From: Burkholderiales bacterium
GTDB taxonomy: Bacteria > Pseudomonadota > Gammaproteobacteria > Burkholderiales > Ga0077523
DNA: 64,000 bases
Direction of reading: 5' to 3'
Assembly: GCA_019745565.1 (NCBI GenBank)
Contig: JAIESW010000023.1
Coordinates: forward strand, 17,835 to 81,834
Shown here in pieces: positions 63,313 to 64,000 of this stretch. Both the position numbers and the translations under genes were made by a program. The notes beneath the pieces were generated by a model. The model had not been told where the DNA came from. It was given only the letters and a program-made list of their open reading frames with translations, and searched no databases. Position 1 is the stretch's first letter; every line of letters starts with the position of its first letter.

Positions 63313-64000
63313 TCCTCGCGGGGGAAGGAATACAACCGCGACAGCAGCAGGACCAGGCGGTCGCGCTCTTCGGTGTCGGCTTCGTGCAGGGCGGCGGTGG
63401 GCGCGTGCAGGAACTTGTTGGTGATGCCGTGCGAGAGTGCCTCGAGGACCGCCGCCGGATCATCACCGCGGGCCAGGGCCTTGGCCGCACGTTCCATCTC
63501 GTGCCGGCGCAGCCGCTCGGCATGGTCGCGCAGCGCCCGGATGGTCGGTACGCTCTTGCGGGTCTGCAGCCATTGCATGAAATCGTTCACGCCTTCGGTG
63601 ATGATCGCCTCGGCCTGGGTCACGGCCGACCGGCGGTTGTCGAGCCCTTCCTGCACGACGCGCCCGAGGTCGTCGACGGTGTAGAGGAAGACATCACCCA
63701 GATTGCCCACTTCCGGTTCCACGTCGCGCGGGACCGCGAGATCCACGATGAGGATCGGCCGATGCCGCCGCGCCTTGAGGGCCCGCTCGATGAGTCCCTT
63801 GCCGAGTATCGGCAGGGGACTTGCCGTACAGGAAACGATGATGTCGTGATGGGCGATGTGTTCCGGCAGATCGGACAAGGCGACGGCGCGCGCCGAGAAG
63901 CGCGATGCCAGTTCCGCCGCGCGATCGGTGGTGCGGTTGGCGAACGTCACGGCGCGCGGCTTGCGGGCGCAGAAGTGGGTCGCGCAGAGCTCGATCATCT
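63309..64000 (-). CDS. hemA: Glutamyl-tRNA reductase, 3' portion (N-terminus lies beyond the window end)
   Basis: C-terminal NADPH-binding and dimerisation regions (ANRT...[10 protein letters not shown]). Stop overlaps the prfA start (ATGA). ORF is open to the window edge. Confidence 0.9.
   Translation of the reverse strand, partial: MIELCATHFCARKPRAVTFANRTTDRAAELASRFSARAVALSDLPEHIAHHDIIVSCTASPLPILGKGLIERALKARRHRPILIVDLAVPRDVEPEVGNLGDVFLYTVDDLGRVVQEGLDNRRSAVTQAEAIITEGVNDFMQWLQTRKSVPTIRALRDHAERLRRHEMERAAKALARGDDPAAVLEALSHGITNKFLHAPTAALHEADTEERDRLVLLLSRLYSFPREE

Overview
High-GC chromosomal window (about two-thirds G+C by eye). I call 51 protein-coding genes and recognise no rRNA, tRNA, CRISPR array, transposase or integrase. 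The gene order (hemA-prfA-prmC-grxD, aroQ-accB-accC-prmA, ppc-hemY-hemX-hemD-hemC-algR-fimS divergent from argH) fits a proteobacterial chromosome, most likely a betaproteobacterium. Most of 17.5-64 kb is housekeeping: heme biosynthesis, acetyl-CoA carboxylase, PEP carboxylase, ArgH, a Liv-type ABC importer, an RND efflux pair, redox/Dsb proteins, and three large GGDEF-EAL sensor proteins. The left 17 kb looks accessory and is the interesting part. (i) Two tandem TPR/GT41 (SPINDLY/OGT-like) glycosyltransferases converge on a type IVa pilin locus. The pilin gene there is present twice, encoding identical 146-aa proteins. Each copy has its own sigma54-type -24/-12 element, and the copies flank a lower-GC SAM-methyltransferase gene. 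(ii) Directly upstream on the same strand lies an 11.7-kb signalling cluster: CHASE2-Ser/Thr kinase, PP2C phosphatase, dual-FHA protein, CHASE2-class III cyclase, a translationally coupled class II cyclic-nucleotide phosphodiesterase, a GAF-fused PilB/GspE-family ATPase, and a GAF-HD-GYP phosphodiesterase. The GAF modules of the last two proteins look paralogous. My main hypothesis is that this is a cNMP plus phospho-Thr to GAF control module for a pilus-type ATPase and c-di-GMP turnover. All its domains are known, but the wiring is inferred and novelty cannot be checked without database searches. Other observations are two families of structured intergenic repeats (CACGAAGG-unit hairpins and a CTAGGG-unit inverted repeat), a DsbD split that lacks the membrane domain, and an RND permease gene placed before its adaptor gene. 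Many long ORFs in the track are antisense or off-frame shadows typical of high-GC DNA and were rejected.
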